A stretch of DNA of 64,000 nt, taken from positions 4,192,001 through 4,256,000 of the forward strand of contig OZ241362.1 in the NCBI GenBank assembly GCA_965200315.1, read 5' to 3'. A program made the position numbers and the translations under genes. This stretch comes from Candidatus Latescibacterota bacterium (lineage in GTDB: Bacteria > Latescibacterota > UBA2968 > UBA8231). Every line of letters begins with the position of its first letter. Within the stretch, counting starts at the first letter, position 1. The notes below the pieces were generated by a model that did not search any database, was not told where the DNA came from, and saw nothing but the letters and a program-made list of their open reading frames with translations. Below are positions 1-9,001 of the stretch, in pieces.

Positions 1-460
1 CGCTGTCGCGGTACGGCGAAGTACTCAGTGCATCGGAGTATTGCACTGCGGCCTTGATCGGCAAAACTTGGGTTCCCTGCATAGCAGAATCCCCGAACAC
101 CAACGTGTTGAGGTCTAGTGCTTCGCGAATCGGCATCCGGCCGCCGACTGCGGTGCGGTTCTGTGGCAACCTCCCGCCCGCGTTCCACGCCCGTAGCACC
201 AGCAGCCCACGCCCCCGCTCACCGAACTTGAACTTACTCGGTGTCGCCCGGACGCGGCGCACACCGTCGCGATCCTCGATGTCCGTGATCTCCTCTTCGG
301 CATTGCGGAATACTGTGGGGGCTACGATTTCGCGGATCACGGCGACGGCTATATGTCCCGCGTTGCGGCGCGTCGGCATCAGATAGGTGTCCTTGCCGTT
401 GGCCGCCACTACTTCCTCAACTAGGTCGCCATCGTTGAGATACTTCATGAACTTGTCCAT
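1..460 (-). CDS. cas7d: Type I-D CRISPR backbone protein Cas7d/Csc2, 3' end beyond window (not in ORF track)
   Basis: Manual translation: MDKFMKYLNDGDLVEEV...VIREIVAPTVFRNAEEEITDIE...PSKFKFGERGRGLLVLR...NTLVFGDS...KAAVQYSDALS. Open to the window edge, AAGGAGG RBS upstream, directly follows cas10d. Confidence 0.8.
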   Translation of the reverse strand, partial: MDKFMKYLNDGDLVEEVVAANGKDTYLMPTRRNAGHIAVAVIREIVAPTVFRNAEEEITDIEDRDGVRRVRATPSKFKFGERGRGLLVLRAWNAGGRLPQNRTAVGGRMPIREALDLNTLVFGDSAMQGTQVLPIKAAVQYSDALSTSPYRDS

Positions 461-494
461 CAACATTGCCTCCTTAGCATTTTGGTTGGACATG

Positions 495-956
495 TCAGAC
501 TTCTTGGGTTTCATCGTCAGTTGGTGCGCCGTTTTCCGCTTCGGGGATACCGCGCTCGCGGTAAGCCTCCAGCAAGGCAAAACGGTAGATCGCCGCTGCG
601 CGCCGCTTCTCCTGCGAGGTCGGCTCTTTCGATTTGAAGACATTCCGCCAGACTTCGCACGCGAAATGGGTTGCGAATTCGATGCAGGCTTGGTCGAGAG
701 GTTGACCGTCGCGATGCTTTTTTGCAGCAGCATTGCCCTTGCGCGTTAGCTCTTCCTCAAGCGTACCGGCAAGTCCCAGAATCAGGGCGGTCTTATCCCG
801 GGATGTCGAACCGAGCGCACTGGGGTAGAATTCCAGCGCGGTCTTCCAACAGAGAAGCTGCTTGTTGGCTGAAGCACCGATGCCGATGCGCTTCTGGATT
901 CGCGTCGCTAGCCATGCTAGTCGAATCAGGGGCTCCTGATTGTCTTTCAGATTCAC
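495..956 (-). CDS. cas11d: Cas11d small subunit from an internal in-frame start within cas10d (153 aa)
   Basis: Minus strand GGAGGT-6nt-GTG AAT CTG AAA, in frame with cas10d, ahead of a helical C-terminal domain. Matches the known hidden Cas11d of type I-D systems. Confidence 0.7.
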   Translation of the reverse strand: MNLKDNQEPLIRLAWLATRIQKRIGIGASANKQLLCWKTALEFYPSALGSTSRDKTALILGLAGTLEEELTRKGNAAAKKHRDGQPLDQACIEFATHFACEVWRNVFKSKEPTSQEKRRAAAIYRFALLEAYRERGIPEAENGAPTDDETQEV

Positions 957-3440
957 TTGTTCACCTCCAGTTTTTCTGATGTGTGCGAGCGCCTGCTCGC
1001 GTGTTTTCTCCTCAATCAGCGACCACGCTTGGTCTTTATTGCCGCCATGGCCGAGCCGATCGACGGCAAGTGCCCAAGCCACACAGAGTGCGCCGAGTTT
1101 AGTCGTTGGATCGGCAAGTTGCTTGGCCCATTCGATTCCCAAACCGGGTGCTTCAGCCATCTTCTCGAAGAGTTCTAGCTTAGACAGAGCATCGGGAAGT
1201 TGCTCAATGCGTAGGGAGTCTCCGCAGAGCAGTCGCTCCAACCACGCAGGCAGCGCATCAGAATAGAAAATTGCCGGATGCCTGCGTGGGGCACCGCGAA
1301 AGATGTGGATCGGACGCCCGAGGCGTCTGATGGCCTTGAGGACCATGTGAAGCCGGATCACTAGTTCCTTATCTGTATTGGGGAGAGTCTCCAGCCGGGC
1401 CACCCGAATACGCTGCGTCTGACAATCTAGCCCGTGGTAAACCGAGCCTTTCTTGATTTCTAGCCGATTGAGGTCGTGCAGCCCCATGGACTTGTCAGCA
1501 GCCTCGCGCTCAAAGGCCAACCCGCCGAAGAGCCCCATACTTACCGGAGAGGAGACAAGCGGCGGCAATTTGTTTTCCCGGAACTCGTCCTGCGCATTTT
1601 GGCGCAGTTGCAACTCGGCGAGGCAGACCGGACACAGATGGGTATCACCGGTATTACTGGATGGAGATGCCAAGTGGTCGTTGCGTCCGTCGCGCCCGGA
1701 AAACGCCGACGCCTTGATGCCGTGTGCCCGGGATGCGGTGTTAACTTTGCGCTCACTGCTGACCGGTTCATTGCACAGGATACAGCACTTCGGAGCGTTC
1801 TCGCCGTCGAATGGCATCGCCGGATGTCCTGATAGGTACGCCTCAAAACGTTGGCTCAGTGCTTTCACGATGGCACTTGAAACGTCCTCAATTTGGCATG
1901 AGAGCCCGGTGCGGCTGTCGTCTCCCTCCAACCAAAGCCCAACCCGACCGTCCCGGCCGAGGATGGCGTCCCGCAACTCCTGCCCGCTATCAGGATCTTC
2001 CTCGGCAAGTTGCCAGATCTCGCCGATCGCCCAAAGCGCGAGGAGAACGCAATATGCGCGTCTGTCTTTCTCTGCGGACTCAACAACCGGCGGGGGTTTC
2101 TTGCCCTTAGTTTGCATGAGACACAACAGTTCCTGCGCCCGAGCATGAGTGTCCGGCGCGGCCCCTTTGAGCTTGCTGTCGGTGTGATTGAGAGTGATCA
2201 CGAGAAACGCCAGCGCATGAGCGGGTTCCATATCCAAATCGCCGCCGTCTCCTTCTGGGTGATTGAGCGCCGGCTTTACGGTCGCTGCATCGGCACTCCC
2301 GTCGAAAGAACTCCAAGAAGTCGTCATGCCAGCCGCGTTGAACAGCATATTGATCTCTGCTAGGTGGTCGCGGGCAAATGGTTTTGGAAGCGCCAATAGA
2401 TTGATGAACTTGCTGTCCCAGTTTCCCTTGGGATCCATAACATCTCGACACGCCTTCCACGACGCTTCGCCTCCGACGAATTTGCACGCTAGGCGATTAT
2501 TGACCGCGAAGCGCAACCCATAGGGAAGATCGCCGAGAAAGCTGTCGAGGGCCTTCTTCTTGACGTCATCTGCATATTCTCGCGGGATAACGCACAGGAG
2601 TCTTCCATCGTGGACGATCTCAATCAGGGGCAGACGGCCTGTGAGCGTTTTGCAGGTTGTAGAGAGCGCACGCTGAAAGTGATCTAATAGAAAGGCATGG
2701 AGGTGGTCGTGGATTTCCACCTTCTCCCACTGCTTCAATCCGCCATCCTGAAGCACGGGCCAACGTTCGAGAAGGGAGAGTACACCATTGACACCTTCTG
2801 TGCTCGTGAACTGCCCTTCTAGCTTATCGGCCAACTCAACATAGCGGCAGGTCTTGGCGATTCCTCGGTCGTAGTCAGGGGCAAGGGGACTTTTATCCGC
2901 TTGGGTTCCTTCTACTTCCTCTATATAGTTGAGCATTGCAGCGGGTGAAATGTGGATGCGACGCTTCGCCAAGAACTGGCCAATCCCGTAGCGGCGCATT
3001 CGCTCCTCTACATCAGCAACATCAATTTCCTCTCCACGCGGCAATCCCAGGTCTTTATCGACGTCGTGCAGGAAGGCAATGCAGACGACCGCATAGGCAA
3101 GCCGTTCGATCTCTGCGAGGTTCGCTTCGCTCGACCAAGAACGCGGAGCGTCGGCAAGCCAGAACATCAGCGAGCCGCGGGCCACAGAAAGCAGATGATC
3201 CAGCAAGCTGATGTTGTCGTTTTGTTCCCAGCGTTCCGCCAATGCCGGATCCGGCGACCATCCTCCCTTGCCGCTGATGGTCACCAAACGTACGGGTCGT
3301 CCGTCAATTTTCCCGGCTGATTCTTTTCCCTTGGGACCGTCGCGATCATCGATAACTTGACGCTCGATACACTCGTCGAGGAACGCGCCGTACACCTTAA
3401 CGGCCTTTCGGTGCGCGAAGTCTTGAGATAGACCACTCAT
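495..3440 (-). CDS. cas10d: Type I-D large subunit Cas10d/Csc3 (N-terminal HD nuclease, Zn finger)
   Basis: Motifs SLLDHL, FLHDVDK, EGTQ, ELADKL, CCILC...HLCPVC. ATG at 3440 overlaps the cas6 stop (ATGA). Lies between cas6 and cas7d. Confidence 0.8.
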   Translation of the reverse strand: MSGLSQDFAHRKAVKVYGAFLDECIERQVIDDRDGPKGKESAGKIDGRPVRLVTISGKGGWSPDPALAERWEQNDNISLLDHLLSVARGSLMFWLADAPRSWSSEANLAEIERLAYAVVCIAFLHDVDKDLGLPRGEEIDVADVEERMRRYGIGQFLAKRRIHISPAAMLNYIEEVEGTQADKSPLAPDYDRGIAKTCRYVELADKLEGQFTSTEGVNGVLSLLERWPVLQDGGLKQWEKVEIHDHLHAFLLDHFQRALSTTCKTLTGRLPLIEIVHDGRLLCVIPREYADDVKKKALDSFLGDLPYGLRFAVNNRLACKFVGGEASWKACRDVMDPKGNWDSKFINLLALPKPFARDHLAEINMLFNAAGMTTSWSSFDGSADAATVKPALNHPEGDGGDLDMEPAHALAFLVITLNHTDSKLKGAAPDTHARAQELLCLMQTKGKKPPPVVESAEKDRRAYCVLLALWAIGEIWQLAEEDPDSGQELRDAILGRDGRVGLWLEGDDSRTGLSCQIEDVSSAIVKALSQRFEAYLSGHPAMPFDGENAPKCCILCNEPVSSERKVNTASRAHGIKASAFSGRDGRNDHLASPSSNTGDTHLCPVCLAELQLRQNAQDEFRENKLPPLVSSPVSMGLFGGLAFEREAADKSMGLHDLNRLEIKKGSVYHGLDCQTQRIRVARLETLPNTDKELVIRLHMVLKAIRRLGRPIHIFRGAPRRHPAIFYSDALPAWLERLLCGDSLRIEQLPDALSKLELFEKMAEAPGLGIEWAKQLADPTTKLGALCVAWALAVDRLGHGGNKDQAWSLIEEKTREQALAHIRKTGGEQVNLKDNQEPLIRLAWLATRIQKRIGIGASANKQLLCWKTALEFYPSALGSTSRDKTALILGLAGTLEEELTRKGNAAAKKHRDGQPLDQACIEFATHFACEVWRNVFKSKEPTSQEKRRAAAIYRFALLEAYRERGIPEAENGAPTDDETQEV

Positions 3441-4165
3441 ATAAGCCCCCTTGCGTATCCGATGCAGCCGAAGCCGTAGCGATTTTTCTCCCCAATCCCG
3501 AGAGTCCAAGCAGAACCTAGGTCTTCAAATGAGCCGCTGATGGCCAAAGGGCACACCATTCCGATGACAAACGCTGGCTTACTGCCGGAGATTTTGCGCG
3601 TATGAACCAACGTGGAATGCTTGGGATTAGCGCGGAGATACAACCTATCGGGCTCGACCCTCAATTTCACGTCGCGTCCGGTCAAACGGGAAAGGCGAAA
3701 GTTGACGGCTTCCTGTAAATCAGCCCCAGCCTTTGTCAGGTCATCGTGCCAACGCCCCTTTTGGCCGCGCACCGAAAGGGCAAGCGGCGAGAGCATAATC
3801 GTTGGCAGTGTCGCCGTTTCTCCTAGTCCGCAGACAACAGGAAGTTCCTCAAGTACCTTGTCCCAAGCCGACAAGTCTATTACGTCGCCGTTGGTTGCCG
3901 TCTTACGGACTGCCTCGGGAAGTAGGTGTTTAAGCACGGGCTCAAGCGGCCCCCCCTCGGCCCCGATCACTAGGGATTTCAGGAGGAACCCCTTGGAGGT
4001 GGCTGTCCCCACTGCGCCAAAGGACCAGTTGCCGGCATCGTGCCCGACCACATCCGTTCCTTGCGCTCCGCACGTAGTCCAAGCGTTGACGAGCGCACCA
4101 TGCAGGCTATCCAGAACGCGTACTCTCACATATTCTCCATGTGGAGCCAAAAGTTTTATTCTCAT
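3437..4165 (-). CDS. cas6: CRISPR-associated endoribonuclease Cas6
   Basis: C-terminal Gly-rich loop LGIGEKNRYGFGCI, GGAGGA RBS before ATG 4165, coupled to cas10d. Confidence 0.85.
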   Translation of the reverse strand: MRIKLLAPHGEYVRVRVLDSLHGALVNAWTTCGAQGTDVVGHDAGNWSFGAVGTATSKGFLLKSLVIGAEGGPLEPVLKHLLPEAVRKTATNGDVIDLSAWDKVLEELPVVCGLGETATLPTIMLSPLALSVRGQKGRWHDDLTKAGADLQEAVNFRLSRLTGRDVKLRVEPDRLYLRANPKHSTLVHTRKISGSKPAFVIGMVCPLAISGSFEDLGSAWTLGIGEKNRYGFGCIGYARGLI

Positions 4166-4179
4166 GCTTGTATCCTCCA

Positions 4180-4261
4180 ATCTTTGCGTTAATTATAATC
4201 ATATCATAATCATATCTAAAAATTCAGGTAACTTGCAAATTTTGCAGGTATTTCATACAAT
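4180..4261. promoter_or_regulatory. AT-rich divergent promoter region between cas6 and WYL with candidate operators
   Basis: Tandem ATAATCATATC x2 (4195-4216) and imperfect inverted repeat ACTTGCAAA-T-TTTGCAGGT (4231-4249). Confidence 0.55.
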
Positions 4262-5104
4262 ATGATAATGAAGAAACTGGAAGACGAGATTGCCCTGCGC
4301 TTCGCCGAAACAATGCTGTATTGGCGGGGGCACTTGCGAGCGAAAGAAGTTCAGGACTTTCTGGGCGTGTCCGAGCGTACAGCGCGCAACCTGATTTCAA
4401 AGTGGCGACGCTTTGATGGAATGTTACCGGCCTATCGGCCCAGTGCCGAGCGTTGCCTCGTCCCGATAGAGGAATTCGATCCTAACTCTGCCGTGACCAA
4501 CCCCAACATCGCGTTGTCCCTGCTACTAGTGGCAGATTGCCTTCCCGGGAATCCGTTTTCGCCGGTTGCCCCTCTCGGTGGTGGGCACGATACGGCGATC
4601 TCGGCTCCGATCAAGTCCAGAGCCTCTCGTGAATTACTTGCCGCATGTCTGGACCGCCAGCCTGTCCGGTTATTCTATGCCGCTAAAAAGGGCCGCCGAG
4701 AATTTGTCTTCCATCCATCCGCCCTCATTCGCTCTCGCGGGCGCTATCATCTGCGAGGTTACTGCACCAAAGAGCGAAATGCTGCCGGCGAATCGTTAGA
4801 TGGCCTCTACATTGACGTAGTCCCGGCCCGCGCCATTGAATCTCAGCGCTTAGATCAAAGCCCCTTCATTGGGCTAGAGGATGACGTTGACTGGAATACA
4901 TCTGAAGAACAGGAATTCCACCTGTCGTCCGATCTCACTGAAGATGAACGGCTGTGCTATGAACATGAGTACGGCATCGCCGACAGTGGCGTCCTCAAGC
5001 TCGAGAAAAGACGTGCGTTGATGCCCTATGTGCTACAGGAGTTATCGGAGCGTAGGTGTTGGCGCCGCGATGGCACCTCAGTGCCGATCTGGGAAGGATT
5101 GTAG
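4262..5104 (+). CDS. WYL-domain transcriptional regulator (wHTH + WYL + C-terminal domain)
   Basis: N-terminal HTH (EVQDFLGVSERTARNLI), WYL-like FHPSALIRSRGRYHLRGYC, divergent from the cas operon. Confidence 0.8.
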   Translation: MIMKKLEDEIALRFAETMLYWRGHLRAKEVQDFLGVSERTARNLISKWRRFDGMLPAYRPSAERCLVPIEEFDPNSAVTNPNIALSLLLVADCLPGNPFSPVAPLGGGHDTAISAPIKSRASRELLAACLDRQPVRLFYAAKKGRREFVFHPSALIRSRGRYHLRGYCTKERNAAGESLDGLYIDVVPARAIESQRLDQSPFIGLEDDVDWNTSEEQEFHLSSDLTEDERLCYEHEYGIADSGVLKLEKRRALMPYVLQELSERRCWRRDGTSVPIWEGL

Positions 5105-5311
5105 CCTCAAAGGAGGAGGAAAGATACAAACGGCGATCAGCTTGTCCACTAAGCAGGCTATCAGCCTCGCCGAATATCAGCCTCGCCGAGACGAGGCGCT
5201 CGAATGAGATCCCTCGCTGCTTGGTTAGCGAGCTGTTGGTTTTTCTCTGTGTTCCAGTCGAAGCTGCTCATGTACGCTAATTATCACACTTGTCAACAGG
5301 TCTCTAGCTGC

Positions 5312-6499
5312 TCACGGCCCGTAGTTAATCCGCCACTTGCGCAAATCCGGCCGGTGCGCTCGTTTTCGCTCCAGCTCGTAGGCATAGATAACCCGGCCTA
5401 GTTCGGCCAAAAACGGCAGCCCTACCTCGTCGTACTCGTAGGCCCCGTCGTTAAAGATGCCGTTCTCGTTTACCAACACCACGGCCGTCAGCAAAAACTC
5501 GACCCCGCGCTCAAAATCGACGATATAGGCGTTGTCCGTCACATATCCGTATGCCAACCCCACTTTGTTGAATATCCGCACTGAGTCCGGCATGGGGGCC
5601 TTGCTGTCGCCGAACAGGAAGAATTTTACATAGCTGTCGTAGTATTTTTCCGGGTCGTATTGGGGGTAAGGGCACTCGCGCGGCAACATGGACATGGCGC
5701 GGTAGAGGAAACGGTAGTCGTCGGGCCGCAGGTCGAAGCGCCGTTTGGCGGACCGTTCCTCGGGGAAAAACACCGCCCTGAGCAGGTCTTGCAACACCTC
5801 CACCGACATGTAATTCGACCCGGCGAAATCCTTGGGCGCGGCTACCAATGCCCCGTCTTGGATGTGTCCCTTGCCCTTGGGAATCGGCGCGGGTGCGCGC
5901 CACGTATGCGGATTGACCAGCATGGGCTGCCGGTGGAGGACTTGGTCTCCCCGGTAGAACGTCAGCGGATTTGTATGGCGGTTTTCCTCGGGCGAGTGTG
6001 CGATGGCGAGCCGATGCGTCAAGCGCACATCTCGGTAGCCCTTCTCCCACAGCCCTTCGTTCAGCCGCTGCTGCCCCACAAACTCGTAGAGCCGGTTGTA
6101 CGCGTCGTTGTCGCTGACGGCGAAGAGCTTGCGGATGTAGTGGGCGATGGTGGGCAGCCCATCCGGTGCAGTCGGATCTTCGCGCACTGCGGTCTGGCCG
6201 CTGTACGCGCTGTCGATGCGGACAGGCGTATGCCGGTCCACGCCCGCGATCTTCAGTTGATTGAGCTTCTCCAACGCCAGCAGGGCACCGGCTAGCTTGA
6301 TTGTGCTCGCTGGATAAAAATAATCCTGCGGATTGACTCGGTATTCGTGTTGGGTGAAATGCGGCCGGTTGTCGTCGTCGCGGTCGATTTGCGTATAGAG
6401 GATCTGCACTTCGTGCTTGGCTGCGGCCGCGAGCACGGGTGCGCAGATGGGATTGGGGCGCAACAAAGATTCGAGCAAGATTTCTCCGTCGCCGAGCAC
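5312..6499 (-). CDS. Serine hydrolase, class A beta-lactamase-like
   Basis: SxxK (YPASTIK), SDN (VSDNDA) and KxG (NKVG) motifs. Start uncertain. Confidence 0.75.
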   Translation of the reverse strand: MLGDGEILLESLLRPNPICAPVLAAAAKHEVQILYTQIDRDDDNRPHFTQHEYRVNPQDYFYPASTIKLAGALLALEKLNQLKIAGVDRHTPVRIDSAYSGQTAVREDPTAPDGLPTIAHYIRKLFAVSDNDAYNRLYEFVGQQRLNEGLWEKGYRDVRLTHRLAIAHSPEENRHTNPLTFYRGDQVLHRQPMLVNPHTWRAPAPIPKGKGHIQDGALVAAPKDFAGSNYMSVEVLQDLLRAVFFPEERSAKRRFDLRPDDYRFLYRAMSMLPRECPYPQYDPEKYYDSYVKFFLFGDSKAPMPDSVRIFNKVGLAYGYVTDNAYIVDFERGVEFLLTAVVLVNENGIFNDGAYEYDEVGLPFLAELGRVIYAYELERKRAHRPDLRKWRINYGP

Positions 6500-6613
6500 C
6501 GCAGCCGGATAGATGAAGGTAGCAAAAACCGCGACGCCCGCGTTGACTCCATGTTTAGGCAGGTGCGATCCCGTGTAAAAACGCTTAGGATCGGCGCATT
6601 TGCGTCCAGAGGT

Positions 6614-7324
6614 TTATCCAGGTGGTGGGAGTGCGCTTTGGCCGATGGTCTCGATGAAGACTCCGCCGACTATCCAGACTAGCCACAAAAGCCCAAGTGA
6701 GAGGGTTGCTTTCCGCACGGGCGCGTCGGCCAGCGCGTTTAATCCAACGCCCATGATCCCAATCTGCCACAGGTCAAAGGGGTTGAGGGCCGTAAGGATC
6801 CGGCCGCCAAACGTGGCCGCGGCCTCCTCGGACAAAAAGGGCCCCAGCCCCAGATGGGCCCCGATGTCGCCGGTTGCCAGCACCAGCACCACGCGCACCA
6901 CCCACTCGACGGCCACCACCAACAGCGCATACGCTTTGACTACCAGCATTTGCCGGTAGCTGACCTCGGCTTGGAAAACGGAGCGCGCCAGCATCAAAAG
7001 CACGCCCCCGACTACGACCAGTGAAAAAAAAAGCCCTACCGGGACCACCAGCCAGCCATGCGCTTGGAGTGCCTCTGCTTGCTGCCGCTCGGCCTCGTCC
7101 AAGCCCTCTAGCTGCTCTTGGCTGGCTGGTGGTCCTACGTCGAGGGTCAAGTTATAGCAGCTAACCCCCACCGCACAAACCAAGAGGACTGGCAGCAACC
7201 AGTCGTGGGCGCTCTCTTGGCCGCGCACCGCGGCAAAAGCCGTACTCGGTGCGTAAAATACGCGCTGTATCCGCGCGAAAAGGCTTAGGTCTTCGGTGGC
7301 AAACCCCGGTCCGGTTGCGCTCAT
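6614..7324 (-). CDS. Yip1-domain membrane protein
   Basis: RVFYAPSTAF N-terminus followed by about five TM helices. Confidence 0.65.
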   Translation of the reverse strand: MSATGPGFATEDLSLFARIQRVFYAPSTAFAAVRGQESAHDWLLPVLLVCAVGVSCYNLTLDVGPPASQEQLEGLDEAERQQAEALQAHGWLVVPVGLFFSLVVVGGVLLMLARSVFQAEVSYRQMLVVKAYALLVVAVEWVVRVVLVLATGDIGAHLGLGPFLSEEAAATFGGRILTALNPFDLWQIGIMGVGLNALADAPVRKATLSLGLLWLVWIVGGVFIETIGQSALPPPG

Positions 7325-7594
7325 GGGCCGTTTATCTCCATTAGTGCGTAGTGCGATGTGGATGGACGGGATAAACGGGATGGAGGCCGTCTATCCCTTT
7401 GAATTCCTTTAATATAGAGGCCGCAGTGCCAATGCCAAACAAAGGAGTGGAGTAGTAGGGGGGGTGGACGGCTCAGCGGCCGGCGAATTAGTTGCTTGTG
7501 CTGCGGCTGAGATTGACTATATTTAGCCAATCGCTTGTCTCTGCAATAGTTGTAGGGGCGTTTATGGACCACGTTGGCAGTCGTTCGGATCCGC

Positions 7595-7660
7595 GTAGAT
7601 TCCTACCCCCGGGCCTGATGTAGTTTTCCTACCGAAAAGCCTGACGCAGTAGATTCCTAC
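7595..7660 (+). repeat. Three short hairpin repeats GTAG(A/TT)TTCCTAC in the csp leader
   Basis: GTAGATTCCTAC 7595-7606, GTAGTTTTCCTAC 7620-7632, GTAGATTCCTAC 7649-7660. Confidence 0.7.
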
Positions 7661-7713
7661 TCAAAGCTATTCGCACGTTCTGCTATAACCGCACATTGCA
7701 AAGGATTTTACCC

Positions 7714-7923
7714 ATGGCAGATCGCGAGAAGGGAACCGTAAAGTGGTTCAACGACGCGAAAGGCTTCGGATTTATTGAGCGCGAGAACGGCGAAGATGTT
7801 TTCGTCCACCACAGCGCGATCCGGGCCGAGGGTTTCCGCACCTTGTCCGACGGGCAGCAGGTGGAATTTGAAGTCGTTCAGGGCAAGAAAGGCCCGGCGG
7901 CTGAGGGCGTCGTAGCACTTTAG
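7714..7923 (+). CDS. cspA: Cold-shock protein
   Basis: [15 protein letters not shown] and DVFVHHSAI (RNP1/RNP2). Confidence 0.95.
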   Translation: MADREKGTVKWFNDAKGFGFIERENGEDVFVHHSAIRAEGFRTLSDGQQVEFEVVQGKKGPAAEGVVAL

Positions 7924-7943
7924 GCTTTACCCTTATATAGTGC

Positions 7944-7980
7944 AAAAGGGGGTGATGTACACTGCATCACCCCCTTTTAT
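7944..7980 (+). terminator. Intrinsic terminator after csp
   Basis: AAAAGGGGGGTGATG...CATCACCCCCTTTT hairpin. Confidence 0.75.
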
Positions 7981-7995
7981 ATTTATGGAGTTTAG

Positions 7996-8262
7996 ATGAA
8001 GATTCGCATCGATAATCTATCTGCTGACACCACTGAAGACGACCTCCGTACGCTGTTTGAGTTGTTCGGGGCCGTCGCCGCTGCCACCATTGATCCGCGC
8101 CGCCGCTGGGGCCAAATCGACATGCCCAGCAAGGCCGCGGCCCGCGAGGCCATCGACATGCTCAACGGGCAAAATCTCAAGGGCTTGGACATGGTCGTCG
8201 AGGAAATGACCGACCGGCCTACGCGCCCGCGCAGCAGGTCCCGCAGAGGCCGACGGCGTTAG
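7996..8262 (+). CDS. RRM RNA-binding protein with Arg-rich tail
   Basis: IRIDNLSADTTEDDLRTLFELFG...AIDMLNGQNLKG pattern. Confidence 0.8.
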   Translation: MKIRIDNLSADTTEDDLRTLFELFGAVAAATIDPRRRWGQIDMPSKAAAREAIDMLNGQNLKGLDMVVEEMTDRPTRPRSRSRRGRRR

Positions 8263-8266
8263 CCCC

Positions 8267-8996
8267 TTACTCGTACCACTGAGCTTGTAGGCTGAACAAG
8301 CGGCTGTACTCGCCGCCTTGCCGCATCAATGCCTCGTGAGTCCCTTGCTCAATGATCTGTCCGTTTTTGACTCGGTCAGCAACTCGCGGAAATAGGAGGT
8401 CTCGCGGTATTGCGGCGTGCGCTCGCGATAGACGTAGTGAGTCTTCTTGCTGATCCACATCATCACCCACACCCCTGGGACAGAGCCGATCAAGGTCAGC
8501 GGACCCAAGGCCCAATATCCGGTCAGCAGCACGCCTAAAACTGCGGCCATCCCCCCAAGGTGCCGACCGTGTCTAGCGCCACGTTGAGCAGGCTGAGGAG
8601 CCGGCCGCTCAGGTCTTCGTTGGCCCGCTTGAGCGCGTCGTAGAACGCGGGATGCTCGAAGTGGACTAACTCGACCTTCTGCACCTTGTCCACTACTTGC
8701 CGCTGTAAGCGCACGCTGACTCTGTCTTGGACATCCGTCTGCAAGACCGCCCGCACCATATCGAGCAGTACATGGGTGAAGAGCGTGGCGAAAAAGCCGC
8801 CGACCCAGGGCAGGGTCTGTAGAAAAGCTGCTCGACCACCGCCCAGCGCGGCGGCGAGCTGATCGACGATCCGCCCGGTGAGCCACAGATCCGCGGCCGG
8901 CAGCAGCGAGCCGATTAGCACGATGATGGCCAGCCCACCCGTTCCCCAAGGATGGACGCGGAGCACCTCCTTGAGGAGTGTGGGCAAGAGGCGCAT
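8267..8996 (-). pseudogene. ABC exporter remnant (frameshifted, large internal deletion)
   Basis: The N-terminal TMD changes frame near a G6 run (~8550), then jumps to the NBD C-terminus (GQIIEQGTHEALM). Confidence 0.7.
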
Positions 8997-9001
8997 CGCG
9001 C

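Noticed and set aside
1-5104. CRISPR-associated transposon (type I-D CAST)
   Set aside because: No tns/tniQ genes or transposon ends are visible in the window. It cannot be excluded beyond the left edge.
4166-5311. CRISPR array near the cas genes
   Set aside because: No repeat-spacer periodicity. Only short tandem duplications are present (11 bp at 4195, 15 bp TATCAGCCTCGCCGA at 5159/5175).
7595-7660. Mini-CRISPR array
   Set aside because: Repeats of 12-13 bp and spacers of 13-16 bp are too short, and the spacers resemble each other.
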